From Aplysia californica (lineage: Eukaryota): DNA of 64,000 bases. Of the stretch, positions 29,801-43,200 are shown in pieces. The notes beneath the pieces were generated by a model, which made no database searches, was not told the origin of the DNA, and saw only the letters and a list, made by a program, of their open reading frames with translations. The stretch spans positions 225,534 through 289,533 of the forward strand of contig NW_004798045.1 of NCBI RefSeq assembly GCF_000002075.1. The letters are read 5' to 3'. Every line of letters starts with the position of its first letter. The stretch's first letter is position 1. A program made the translations under genes and the position numbers.

Positions 29801-32800
29801 CCATAGACGGTGAAAGATCTTGTCAGTATATTAGTGTTTTAGCGCCTATAGATGGCCGCTTGCACTGTATGCTTCCCAGGAAGTTGAGATTGTTTCGAAA
29901 CACTCTCTGGTCTCCTGGGGTAATACTATAGATTGTGAAGTGCATAGAGCTTGCTGTTGAGCAGTGATTTGCGCTATACAAAGGCTATCTATTATTATTA
30001 TTATTACTTTACTATTTTCCCACAAATGCGGACACGAAGAAAAAAAAAATGTGAGTCCTCACTTTTAAAAAGATCAGATGGGATTTCTGTCAGCTGGTTG
30101 GAGCTCAGATTCAGGGAGTAGATGAAGTGTGTGTACATGCCAGGTAACTCGTGGAACTTGCTGAGCTCTTTATCAACTTGCCAGGTTGCTTGATGGGTCT
30201 CACACATCATCAACGTCTCATCCATTAAGACTAGTTTGGTTGGTTTTAGACCTTGTGACGGGCCGTGCTGCATCATCAAATCCTGCCATTTCTGAAAGAA
30301 AAAAATACAGATATAAAGTTACCTAGTTAAGTCTTTTAAAAAATTTCATTACAAAGTAGACATCAATAATCACCATTTTTCAATGCCATTACAAAGTTAA
30401 CATCAGTAATCACTTTTTTCCAATGCTATTACAAAGTTAACATCAGTAATCACTATTTTCCAATGCTATTACAAAGTTAACATCTATAATCACTACTATC
30501 CCCAGTTCTTTTCCTGCAAAGAAATAGAAGTAAATAGTCTGGATTACAAGGTAATAATTATCACAATTGTAAATGTTTTACATTTCCATTATTAGCCTAA
30601 TATTTAGATGACTTACACAGAAGGCCACTTTGGGTCTACCTATTGGGGCCAACCCAAGTGGAGAAGGATGCAACAGCAGACGGGACAGAGATACTAAATT
30701 GAAAACCTATTTACGTGGGAATAAAACTCAAATTTCTTAGTGAAAAGGCAAAGCACCTCACAAATATGCCTCCGATTTCAGTGGAATACAAAGTGCAAGT
30801 AAAAAGACACACCTAGAATTAACAGTTCACATTCAAGGCAAGTCCATACTGGAGTCATCAGTTCATCCGTTCACACAGAAAACAGTACGTAACGGACACA
30901 CATAAAAGACAGCATAGATACCTTTGCTATTGTGTCGTTTATGAGAGTGGAAACATCAAAAGCTTTTCCCAAGCTGAGAAACAATGCATCTCTAAATTGC
31001 TGAATGATCTTCATCAGTCCTGATTCAACCTGGAATTGAACAATTCAAAAGGTTACACTGTGCCGTGGTCCCGGGGCTGTAGATGTTGTATACAAAAGTG
31101 GAATGACAAAATCAAAGAAAACCTACTTTTATGTAAAAAATCTGGGGAAAAAAATAAAGTGCAGCCCTTAGTTAAAAAAATTCTTGACCTTGTGTGTAAC
31201 ATCCAGGCTCACAGTAATGATTACAGTGGGATCACAATTATGTCTCTCAGGAACAGGAAACAGTCCACTGTGATCACTGAGATGTGTGAGGATGTGGGGG
31301 TTATCATCAGTGCTTTTCACCCCTGGCAGGGTATAGGCCACATACAAGCTCCTGTGAGGGTTATACTTTACTTTAATATCCTTCATCTGTTAAATGTACA
31401 CAATACAGATAATTTTGTCAACAATTCTCCTGTGCATATCATAAACATTCTTAATTTCCAATTAAACTTCACTGTTGTGGGAGGGGGGGTGGGCAACATT
31501 CCCATCACCAGCATGCTGTACAAAGAGTAATTAATTGTAAACCCTTTGAACCCTTGCCACTGGTACACAGGTGGCGCATAAAATTGCCCATATATCTAGC
31601 CTCGGGTACAGCGGTGAAAACAGCGTTTAATACACAAGATGTTATTGATTATTTTGAAGATCTTTCTGAATTAGATGCTGGTAATGGCAAGGACTGCCCT
31701 AAGTGAGATATGGAATGTCATTCTGACGATCTTATAAATCTCTGATATCAAAGAGTCTACATTACAAGAGGGTTCACTCCTCTCTTTGAGCCAATTAAAA
31801 AAGTGTCCTCAAAATTCGGTGGCGCCCTCTTCGTAAATGCGCACCCTTTTGGGACAGAGTTACCTCACTTGTGTGAAAAAAATCAAAGTGAAACTAACAA
31901 GTTTTTGAATAAATAAGAACTCAAATTTCGGAAGAATGCTTTTTTAAAAATAGTTACGCTGACAAAAAACCTCTTCCGGAGGAGGAGGCGACTGTTTCCT
32001 TCGCTTAATTTGACCTTAGAATGAGAGGTGAGAGGTCATTAAAATAAAAAAACCTAAAGCTCCGCACTGAACGAACCCGAACAGCTGATGAACACCAGTC
32101 GATCTGCGCACGCAAGGGTGTGCTATTCCTATTCTTCTTCTGGATAAATGAAAGAGAGCTTCAAAACAAAGACTGCAGCGCCATCAGAAGCAATGAGCGG
32201 ACTTCCACGGACACTTTCTTGGCTGAGTGGACCATCTTGTTATGTACTATGTTGGTGATATTGCTCAGGAGCTCAGGCAAAGGAGCATGGCAGCCTCAGG
32301 ACGTCAGGGCTCAAAGGGTTAATGCTTTGTGTCCCAATAGACACAATTTACATCATTTAAGAGGCGGGCTGCTTTAACTTTGCCTGCAAGGGCCAACTCA
32401 GGCTGAGAGGGATACAGCATCCCAGAAACAGACAAAATTACTTAATAAAACATCTCCCCGTACATGTTGAACCATAACACCACAGAATGCCCATTATCTA
32501 TGAGTGGGCAACAAGAGTTTTTTGTTAGCTTAGTAAGAGTTTTACGGTGGTTGCAACTGCATAAGGTCAGATGAGCATGCGAAACACAAGTTGGTTGCAT
32601 TCATGACAGTTCTTAGCACAGCTTGATTTTGGTCAATGATCAGATTAAAATGTTTAAAAATTCATGGTAAAAATCTCAACATTGAAATGACAACTTCAAT
32701 AATATTAAAATAATCTTATTTAAATTGTAGAGTGCTTATTCACAGGTAGCAGAGATGTGATGAACACAGGAGGGTTGTCATAGGTAGAAGGCAATATGGA

Positions 32801-34542
32801 GAAAAAATTGTACCTAGCACTGGTTTCTCGAACCTTCCTTTAGTTTAGTTTTCGTAAGAGTTTTACGGCACTTGGAACAAAATAAGTTCATATAGAAGTG
32901 CCGAAGAAGAGATGTGTTACAAGTGAGTAACATACACAAAAAAATGGAGGAGATATAAGGACGATAGATGTTTGATAGTAAAGAAGGAGAAAACCACACC
33001 AGAGCAGCAACCAACCACCCATCAACCTTCCTTTGAGCTGAATCTTAATGTAATGTTGTCAAATACTTGTTAAATACCTTCTGTTAACAATAACATTTCT
33101 GCCTTTTATGGCTTTTGCAACACAACTAGGTCATACAAGTGTCGAAGATTAAAGGTGTTGCAAGAGATTAACAAACACCAAAAAAGGAGGAGGAGAGATC
33201 AGGATGATACATATGTTTGATAGCAAAAAGGAGCAAACCACACTAGAGCATCCGCCAACCATCCACATAAGATGTCCAACACACTTCTATCATGACTCAC
33301 CTCCTGAACACTCATTTTATCAGCACCAGCAATCCCTTGAGTCAATGCTTTCATTTCCGGCAAAGGCTCCTGTCACAGACATAAAAAAAAGAAGTTCACT
33401 CATCCTCATTTAAAATATCCTCATATATCAGAAGATCTGTGTCCATTGAATGTATTTATTGCATAAGTTGATGAGTTCGCTAAATGGAATTGAGACTAAA
33501 ACAAAGTCAGAACAATAAAAGTCCTATTTCGCATAAAAGCAGATAAGGACCAAAAAAACACAAAAAAACACACACGCACAAAAAAAGCAGCAGAAAGAGC
33601 AGATCACAAGGAATCACTGGATTTGCCAGACATACACACAACTGAGCCACTGAGACAGGACAACAACGAAGGAAGGACAAAAAGAAAAACTTGGCACTTG
33701 ACTTTTATCTTACTTATGTGAGCATGATTTTTAGGAACACAATGAAGGACTGACTACTCTGAAAACAATTTCCTTCAAATACATCAAAGGCTAAGACAGC
33801 CATGTTTGTGCAGGTGTCTTTCCCTGGTCTGTGATAATTACTCTGAAATTGAAGTACTAACAGAAATATTGTTAAGCTAAAAATTTTTTCTAGACTTTCA
33901 ATAAAGAGGTTTCGCATGACATGCAAAAAGCATTCCGCATCAACTATATTTTAAACCACAAGTGACCAAAATCAGAACCAACATGTTGAAATCGCAGCAG
34001 TATCAGCATCCAGGCCCACAGAAGACAGACTCCTGGTTCAGAAGTGTCCTCTGAGGGTTCAAACTCAAACCCTTCATTGTCCAGCATGTGCAGGGAGTGG
34101 AAGCACTCTACCACAGCCTGCTCCCGGCTGGATGGCATAGAAGACATGACAAGGCTGACGTCAGCTGAGGAGTGGGGCAAACAAACAGGAAAACAAGATA
34201 AGGCACATCTCCCATATAGTTCCCTAAATACTTAGTACAAAGGTTTTTTTTGTTTTAAAACAAGATGATAATCATCATCATCATCATCATCATCTTCATT
34301 GTACAAAGCAGATATTAAGACAATTAAGACCTGGAAGTATTTCCAAAAAATATTTTATCCAAAGTTCAACGTTTCGCCCTCAACAGGCTTCCTCAGGAAC
34401 ATTCACAAAATAAATGACAAGAATCTAGATCTACACATGCTAGAAAAACTAAAGTGCGTACATACATGTCACAACACTTAAAGGAGCAGTGAGTACAAAT
34501 CGCAAGGGCCAGAGAGAAGGGAACACTAAGGCCAGAAGTGGT

Positions 34543-34576
<34 letters not shown>

Positions 34577-37212
34577 AAGAAACAGGTGTGTGGAGGTAAG
34601 GAATATAATAACATCATAATCATAATGAGGGCGTGACATCTGCTAGATTGCCTGAGTGCGCGTATGTTACATGTACATGTTCCTGATGAAGCCCTTTACA
34701 GGGCGAAACATTGAACTTATATTAAATTTGAAAAACATACTAAGTCTCAAACCCTTTTTTGATTCCCTGCTACCTACAATAATCATAATGAGGATGATGA
34801 TGATGATGATGATGATGATAACGATATTGATAATGATGATAATGATGATAATAATGATAATAATGTTAATGATGACGATAATAAAGATCAATTCTATAGC
34901 ACCCATTCCCTGTAGGCTTTATGTGCTTCACAATATAAAAAAACAAAAACAATTCCAATAGCTAACACTATGACACATTTTATTAAAACTGGTCAATTTA
35001 ACGCACAACCTTTTCATATACACATGCACTTATAATCTGAAAAAAGAACACATACAAGAGATAACAATCACTATGGCCGCTGATCACAATTATCGTTGAA
35101 AGAAGAATCAAACTTGCTAGTCAATTAGGATTTAAATAAATCTAAGATAAAGCACACCTCTCATATACTCTGCAGCATCTTCAAGGGCAAGTACAAAAAA
35201 ATATTTTTTTAAACAAATATGAATCCCATCTCAAGTATGCTATCTTCATCAGTTAGTACAAACAAACCAAAAAACCCCCAAAAAGTAAAGGTAAAACACT
35301 CCTCCCACATAGTACCACTGGCTAGGCCCCCTTTCGATGAAAGGAATGATCGGAGCATTAACATCAACTGAATATCATTGGTCTACTATATTTACACTCT
35401 ACTGGAATGGAGCAATAAATCTTGAGAGAAAAGTGACACATGTGTTTCCAAGTTGCCAAATATATATTAGATGCACAGATTGATTCTCTGTTCCGCTTTC
35501 GTGGTTGTACACTCCAGAATTTCAAAGGTGTGGAATGAGTGCGCACTCATTGTGAACGGAAGCCTCACGTGTTCACAATGGCGTCTACGAAGACGTACTT
35601 TCCCAAGATTAGATCTAAACAAAACTAATGAAAAACTGAAAATTAAACTACAGTGACTTCATACTCCTCAGTAAAACTGTGCCCCCTGTAAATGATTCTG
35701 AATCACCGTTATTTTTTTCAAATTCGAAAGTTAAGTGGTTCGGAAGTTTTAGGAAGGCGAAAGTGACGGACTTTCACAAATATAATATGTATAGATGAAC
35801 AGCTAGTAACAAAAAGTAAAAAAAAAATAAAAACACACTTCCTTTTTGATGTGTGCTGACAAAATAGGTTAATTCTTAGATTTTAGCTCTTTGGACACAG
35901 ATAGAAACAGCAAATGTGTGGGTTGGGTTTGCATAATTTCTTTAATAAAATGATAAAAGACATTTCAGCTTTAAGAAAATGGCTTCAGATTAAAATCAAC
36001 AAATTTGATGCGTCTATTTTCAGCTGACATTTCCATTCGTGGACTACAAGAAGTAACTCATTTTGTCAGCATGCAACACATAATAATTTGGTTCTTTCAA
36101 CAACTAATACAATCAAACAAACAGCAACCCAAAATAGGACACATCCCTCAGACAGTTCTTTCAACACCAAGAACAATCAAACAAAAAAGAAAAAAAGAAA
36201 AGGGAAATCTCTTCTGTTGCGAATTAAAACTCTGGAAGTCTTAGTCTAAGAGAACCAACAACGTTTGCTCCAAGCTGAGTGAATATGACAAACTTTCTGA
36301 ATTTTTACTAGTCTTTGATTAACTCTTTAAACCCCATCAGATTCTGGGAGCGTTCAGCAGTAATAACCCTGTTCCCCATCATACGCTGCCAGTGTCCAAT
36401 ACTAGTGACATCTGTTTCGTTTTATTTAGTGCTAGTTTTTGTTAGTTTTTCGGAACTATTCCCAAACCAAGTTTTTTAGTAATGACTAAGCCTTTGTTTC
36501 CGCCATTTAGAAGTTGGAGGCAAGCTTTTGGGGTTATAATGAGACATAGTGCACAAGGTTTAGATGACAGTAGAAAAAAACTATGGGAAATGGTGGAAAA
36601 AACTCAGGGTTTAAAGAGTTAATCAAGTTCTTTATCATTCTAAAGCAGCAAAAGAAAATGGACTTCAGGCAAAGCAAAATTATGCCTTCACCTCAAAATT
36701 ATCATCATACTTCTCTTCAAGTCAAATCTATAAACACAAACACAACCCACCAGCATCTGTAGTGTGACACTCCTGCAATTCACCATCCCACACTGAAGAC
36801 CCGAGTTTGATTCTCATCTAGGAAAATTTTTTACCAATTATCTCAGTCTTTCTGCTGGGACTTTGTTTCCTTTCAACCTAGGTTGGCCCTGGCAAACACT
36901 TCTTAAATTATCTAAATTGTGTCCATGGGGGTGTAAAACACCTACAATTTTTTATCTTTTTAAAAATACACAATAAAAGATCTCACCTCTGAAGTAGCAA
37001 AGAGGATGAAGTTTGAAGCTTCTTGTGAACACCTCATGGGAACTTTGGACCAAATTGTCCATCGTCAGACTCTCTGGTAGAACCAGGAGGGGCAACACTG
37101 GGAGAAATAAAAAGGAAAAGAAACTAACAGACTGCTTTAGTCATTCTTTTGGGTCAGCCTGGAACGTAACGGCATTTATTTAAAAGGAATATAATATTAA
37201 TAATAAGGATGC

Positions 37213-37245
<33 letters not shown>

Positions 37246-40200
37246 TAATAATAATAAAAATAATAATATGGTAGCCTCTGCCTAAGATATCGGAGTAGGT
37301 ACACAACTGGTAGAATGATCTCCCTTTACTCTAAAATGAACTGGTGTGACCCCTGGGTGGGTCTATGACTTATGGCATTCAAAGAGAGATCAACCTTGAT
37401 GACTAATCACAGTGGCATGACATATGCCATTTTCACTTGTTATCTATGATTATCCAGTTGCTCCTCCCCTTTACCTGTCCAGAATTTATAGATTTTCATC
37501 TCTGATAGAGTTCCCCTGCCTTTGTCATTAGATACCATTGTGTTGTGACCAGACCAATTAAAATTCAGTTCATCTCGTAAATTCAAGGATAGGGACAATT
37601 GCTGAAATGGTCAAGGAAGAGTTCACAGTTTGATGTGATCCCGCCTGCAGAGAACTTGTAAGCCCTTACCACCCAGCGTGTGATGTAAGTTTAGGTGGAG
37701 AGCTCAGATAAGAATGTGATGTTTGGGGGGGGAAAAAACATCAGCGAATTCACACCGAGGTGTGATCCCATTAGAGGCAAACATTGTACTGTTTCATTGA
37801 GAATATTTACAAATGAAATGTGATCACATTCACAAAGTGGATGATCTGTGACACCATGGGCAGTTCAATAATCTCAAATTTTCTCTCTTGGTTGATCTTT
37901 TATGTCCGTCCGGGTTTTTGTTCCGTAAATTACGATCTGAAATGAGGGATCTGAGCCAAATATAGATATGTTTACCAAATTGTAGAGGAAAAAAATCTTT
38001 CTCACTTTCACCAGTCAAATTATTTAGCAGAATAAATTTAGCTTAAAAAAAATATCTTAAACCATAAAAATGTATGTTTGCCTTTCTTTTATTTGATGTA
38101 TCTAGCACATAACATCACAAGTGAGCTATAGCTCTTCAAAGAAATGAATCGTGTCAGTCAAAGTTCCCAGTGTATTTTTCATAGCACACAGGGGGCAGGG
38201 GCGGAGGGTTATGATAGCAGTGCCTAATGAATTTATGAAGTGCCTAAAAATGTGAAACTATACAGTCCCTAAAAGGCTCTAAGTGCTGTGCAGCGTGAAA
38301 TCATTATTCAATAAAACTGAAAGAAAAACAGAAAATGTACATTGAGAGACCATTTATCAGAGCACACATGCACACACACACGCATGCACACACAAAAGAA
38401 TGCACGCACAGAAGCACGCACCCATGCACACATAGACTCACTCACATTCTTCCATACCAAAACTACTAGTAGAGTACAGAGTTGAACAAATGTTCCGTAA
38501 GACTTTCCACAAATTGTTAGAAGTTATATCCCATTCCATAAAATATTTCTGTTTCATAATACACCTTTCTTAAACCTAGCTGGTCTGATAAAGACAGCAT
38601 TTCTGGTGCTTGCAGAGCTTCACACCTAAAAGCTTCAAATCGTGTCTCATGTTGAGCTACAAATTACATAGGACACATCTCAGCAGTCACTATCTCAAAA
38701 CCCACAGTTATCAATGTGGTTTCTGGAATCATAATCATAATAATATGATATTATCATAAACAATCTAAACACAAATACAAATTTGAAATGGGTTAGATAA
38801 CAAAGAAACAAAGAAAAGCGAAGAGTTTTTATTACCACCAAGGGTTTAAAAAACAAAGGTTGCTTGTATTCTAAATTGTAGCCTGACTTTCTGATGGAAA
38901 GCTCAGTACCTTGCTGATAGCACCCGAGGAATACATACCTCATCTGTGATAGAAATGGAACACTCCCTTTTGCATTGAATATTCATGACAGATATGAAAA
39001 ACCTCTTTACAAGTGTTATATAGAGAAAAAAATAACAGAATCTCTTGAATGCATTGCTCACCTGAGAAGTTCCATTTTCCCTCAGTGTAGAGAATGCTCT
39101 CAACTTTGTCTCGAAGTTGAACTTGCCTGGCATATAGAACTGAAATGTGGAATGAAGACAACAAACACAAGTGTTCTAGTTCAGATGGTACAAAAGAGCA
39201 TAGGTGTATCAACATCTAGAGTAGAAAAGAAATGTCAACAAATCATGAGTACAGTTGTTATAAGGATAGAACTGCCGTAAGCTGACAAAACGCCTTTTTT
39301 CATTTTGGTGTCAAATTTTCTTTATTTACTAAATCGAAAGCCTGATCAGTTCTCCTACTTGTGTGAAAAAATCAAACTGAAACTGTGAATAGTTTTTGAA
39401 TAAATTAAAATTCTAATTTTGGAAGAACTCTATTTTTAATTGGTTACACTGACAAAAAAACTCTTTTTCTCAACACTTTTGTGAACAAAAAAAGGCGTTT
39501 CGTAAGCTTACGGCACAGAACTGAAGACAGGCAAACATTCTTTGCAAAACTTGGGGAGGCAATTCATAAGCCGGAATGAAAGACAGAATTTGCTTACCAA
39601 TTCTAGAAACTTCTAACAATGGCAGGATACAGAATTGAGTCTAAGTAACCCCATTTTCCACAATAGAAAACTAGGAGGCAGGATCTCAGATTCATCATTT
39701 ATGATGATGGTGGTACCGGTAATTAGAAAGACTGAAATTCTTTACCTGAAGGAAAGTGCACAGGGGTACAAGGCATTATCAAGTCATCATGTAGCTTTTT
39801 CAAGGCTTCTGGTCTTTCCTTCTTCATCAGGGCTTGATAACCACAAGGCACTTGGAACTAGGCAGAAAAAACAATAATCTGTGTAAAACACTGACATCTT
39901 TTCATGACAGATATCTAAAAAAAAATCACAATTATTATGCTGTCATTACCAGCTCCTGTTTTCTTTACTCATCCTACAAAAATTAAGCATTTTGTGAACA
40001 AAATGTTTCAAAATGGCCTTTATCTGTGAGCGGACAAGAAACAGTCTAACAGCCACCTGTCCAAGGCAATCACTTATACAAACTACCATTCAACACTTCC
40101 TCCCTTGCATTTGACATTGTCCAAGACATCCACCTGTCAAAGACAACCACCTTCTCCTCAATCGCGGTTAGCCATCTTGGACAATATCAACTGTCCTCTA

Positions 40201-43200
40201 CTTCAATAGACACCATTTTTGACATTTAGGACAAAATCCGTTTTACCTATGCAAACAGTTATAATAACTAAAATGCTGTTGTCATGCATACTCATCTTTA
40301 TGCCTTATTCTAACAACAACAGCAGTTAAACTGCATTCAAAACACTGCGTCGTGTTGTCTCTCAGTACAAAAGTTTTGAGCTGCAGAAATAGTGCTGTTG
40401 GTAAGTTCAGAAACATGAATCATTAAAAAAAAGACGACTGTTTTGAAAAATATTATTTTTCAATGTTCAAAGAGATAAACTTCATTCAAACGCCAAGCTT
40501 GGCTCAATGCCCATTTGGTTTTATCCCATTCCTCTTTTTCTTTCTTTACTCTTATCCAATAAAAGCCACTCTTTCTCTTAATTTCCAAAGAATACACTTG
40601 GATTTTGCTTCATTTTTCTTGCCGCAGCAAACCCCAACACTACATTTCTAAATATACCCGTGTTAAGACAACTAACCTTTTTCACTCACTTGTCATTTAC
40701 AAGATATGATCATTTTACTTTCCTTTTGTATACTTACTTTAAAGAAAGACCATAAAGGTACTGGAGTCTTCTGTCCTTGATCTTTACCTGGTACAGAATG
40801 TTGAAAAAAAAGAAGAAACATATTCAAAATTCATTTACATTTCAAGAAATGTAGACATATCCTCTTTTTACTGCAATAAGCAGGCGATGGAACACTGTGT
40901 AATAGTGCACACAGGCTAGTGAACAAGAAAGCGATGTTCTGTTTACCTGTAATATTTAGCGAGTGAAACTTTGAACAAGACAATCGTGTAAATTTAAATG
41001 TAAAAGTAAGGAACAGCAATTATAATCATAAACTACAACCAATAAACAAGTGGAGGCACTTAAAGAGAAGTAGATCAGCAGCTGGTGACTGTCACGACTA
41101 AGAGGGGTGCAAAACAGTAAAAGCAACATTCAAGTGAATGTCACAAAAAAAATAAATAAATTTTAAGACAGTTGCAAAATCTCACCAGAAAGTTCTGCTG
41201 AAGACAAAGCAGTTCCCAAAGCTTCACTTGTCCCGTCAGGCATGAGTTGATCACTGGAGTAGATGAAATGTCGTTCCTCTCCATCAACATCTGGGGCAAC
41301 ATAGAAACAAAACCTCGACTAACTGCTCTTCCATGATTTTCACAACCATAAAGCCCAAACAAGATCTATCCTAATTTTCTATTCAAATCTGAGAGTATCA
41401 AAATTCACTCAGGGATCAGAGGAAAGGAAATAGTTTTTGAAACCTCCAGATTTTGTCACATGCCAGTGCAAGAATTGAACTCATTGCCTCCACTGTTTGA
41501 GCCAGCACCATACCACTGTGCTAGGGTTTTGTAACCAGAGGGGCTAAGCGTATGGGTAAGCCACAAGACATAATGATCTCATCTGATGGCCTGCAAAGAG
41601 ATTACTACATGCTTTGCTTCAGGTTTATGCTTCAGACAGTTATCTGAAAACATGAGTCTTTGAGAAAAATGAACAGATAAAAGGAGGAAATGAATTACAG
41701 AAAGCTCTGCCTTATACTAAATGACTCACATACCCCTCTTAAATTACCACCCATCTCCATTCCCTCCTACCCATAGGCATGCATGCACCCTTGCACGCAC
41801 GCACACACGCACGCATGCACACATGCACGCACCCACACACACACACGCACGCATGCACGCACACACAACACACACATACCTACACATACATACATATAAA
41901 CACATACACAAACACACACACAAACACACACATTCTTTAATCAAAAAGATGAACCGGGATAACAAATATGAAATCAAATTTGAGTTTCTAACAAAATAAT
42001 TAAAATTGTATAGAATTTCTGGTTTTTGAAGCTTTTGGAGTCTTTGACGAACAAAATTAAATTCCATGAGAACAGGAGCAAATGCAAGCATAGAACTGAG
42101 ATTTTGATGAAATGAAGCTATAAAGCTTTACATTTTGACCAAAAAAGGGACCAAATTTCGTGCTTTGCTCTCTAGATAAAAAAAAAGAGATGGAATCAGG
42201 AAAAGTCCATGAGAAGCATGTTTATACCATAAGCTTGCCATCAGATACATTGTCCATAGCATCAGCTTGCCATCAGGTAGGCCTATATTGTACTTAGGCT
42301 CGAGAGTGAGTCTGATGTTTGCACAGCTCTTTCTCACTTTAATCAAACCTTTGCGCAAGTCAGACATAAGAGAGAAGCCCGCGAGCTGTGCACATCCACA
42401 AGTGAGAGTGGACCTTTTAAATATTCAAAATGTAACACACTCTTCTCAGCCAGAATTGGTCTCATCAGCCATAGCAGAAGCCACAAGTCACTGAAACCTT
42501 TAATTCTTGTCATTCTATTCTATTGCAGAAATATGTATTGCCCATTGTCAGACTTTGATAGACGAGCTGCTATCATTACTATAATCAGCTCACCAAGAAC
42601 AAGGTTTCCATTAGGCTGTCTCTCTTTAATGACTGCTCTGTGTGCACCTGATCCTTCCAGGTTCACTTCCAGGGTTCTCCCAGGCTCAAAGTCACTGTGT
42701 CCCAAACTCCAGGAGCTCTGGAGTATCAAACAAGGTTAAAGAAAAGAGCTTATTAGGAAGAAATACACACTGAAAGTGAAAAAAGATGACATTGTCAGTA
42801 TCATTCTTGATTCTGCAATCACACTCATCATTTTCTATAGGTTTCAAGATACACATGATATTATTCAAATTAAAATTAAGACATAAAGGGAGCATCTTAC
42901 AAAACAGTTTGGTATTTTTTTTAGTTTCCGTAGTTCCTTTTTAGTTTTTAATTGAAAAATCGCAAGTGCCCAAGTCATGCATTGGATTTGGGAGATTTTT
43001 TTCCTATAATTTTCTCAAAACTTGAAAAACTGGCAGGCATTTGATGAATGACGCTGACAATATGAAAAAAGGAAAATTGAGAAATGAGATCCTTCCTTCC
43101 CTCCCTCCCTCTCTCTCTCTTCACTGAGAATTTAAGATTTTTCAGTAAAATTGCTTTTTTCATTGTATGTTAATTTTCATGCAATAATTTCAACCCGAGA

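Noticed and set aside
1333-30291. Naming the gene LRRK1/2, MFHAS1 or DAPK1
   Set aside because: COR is followed by TIRs rather than a kinase or death domain; orthology is unsupported.
38446-38465. 17-20-nt exon-like segment ending in gtgagt
   Set aside because: No combination restores the phase 1 required by w25.
38939-38943. Apparent 5-nt microexon (tcacag|ATGAG|gtatgt)
   Set aside because: w24 and w25 already join in phase 1; including it, alone or with the nearby candidate, breaks the frame.
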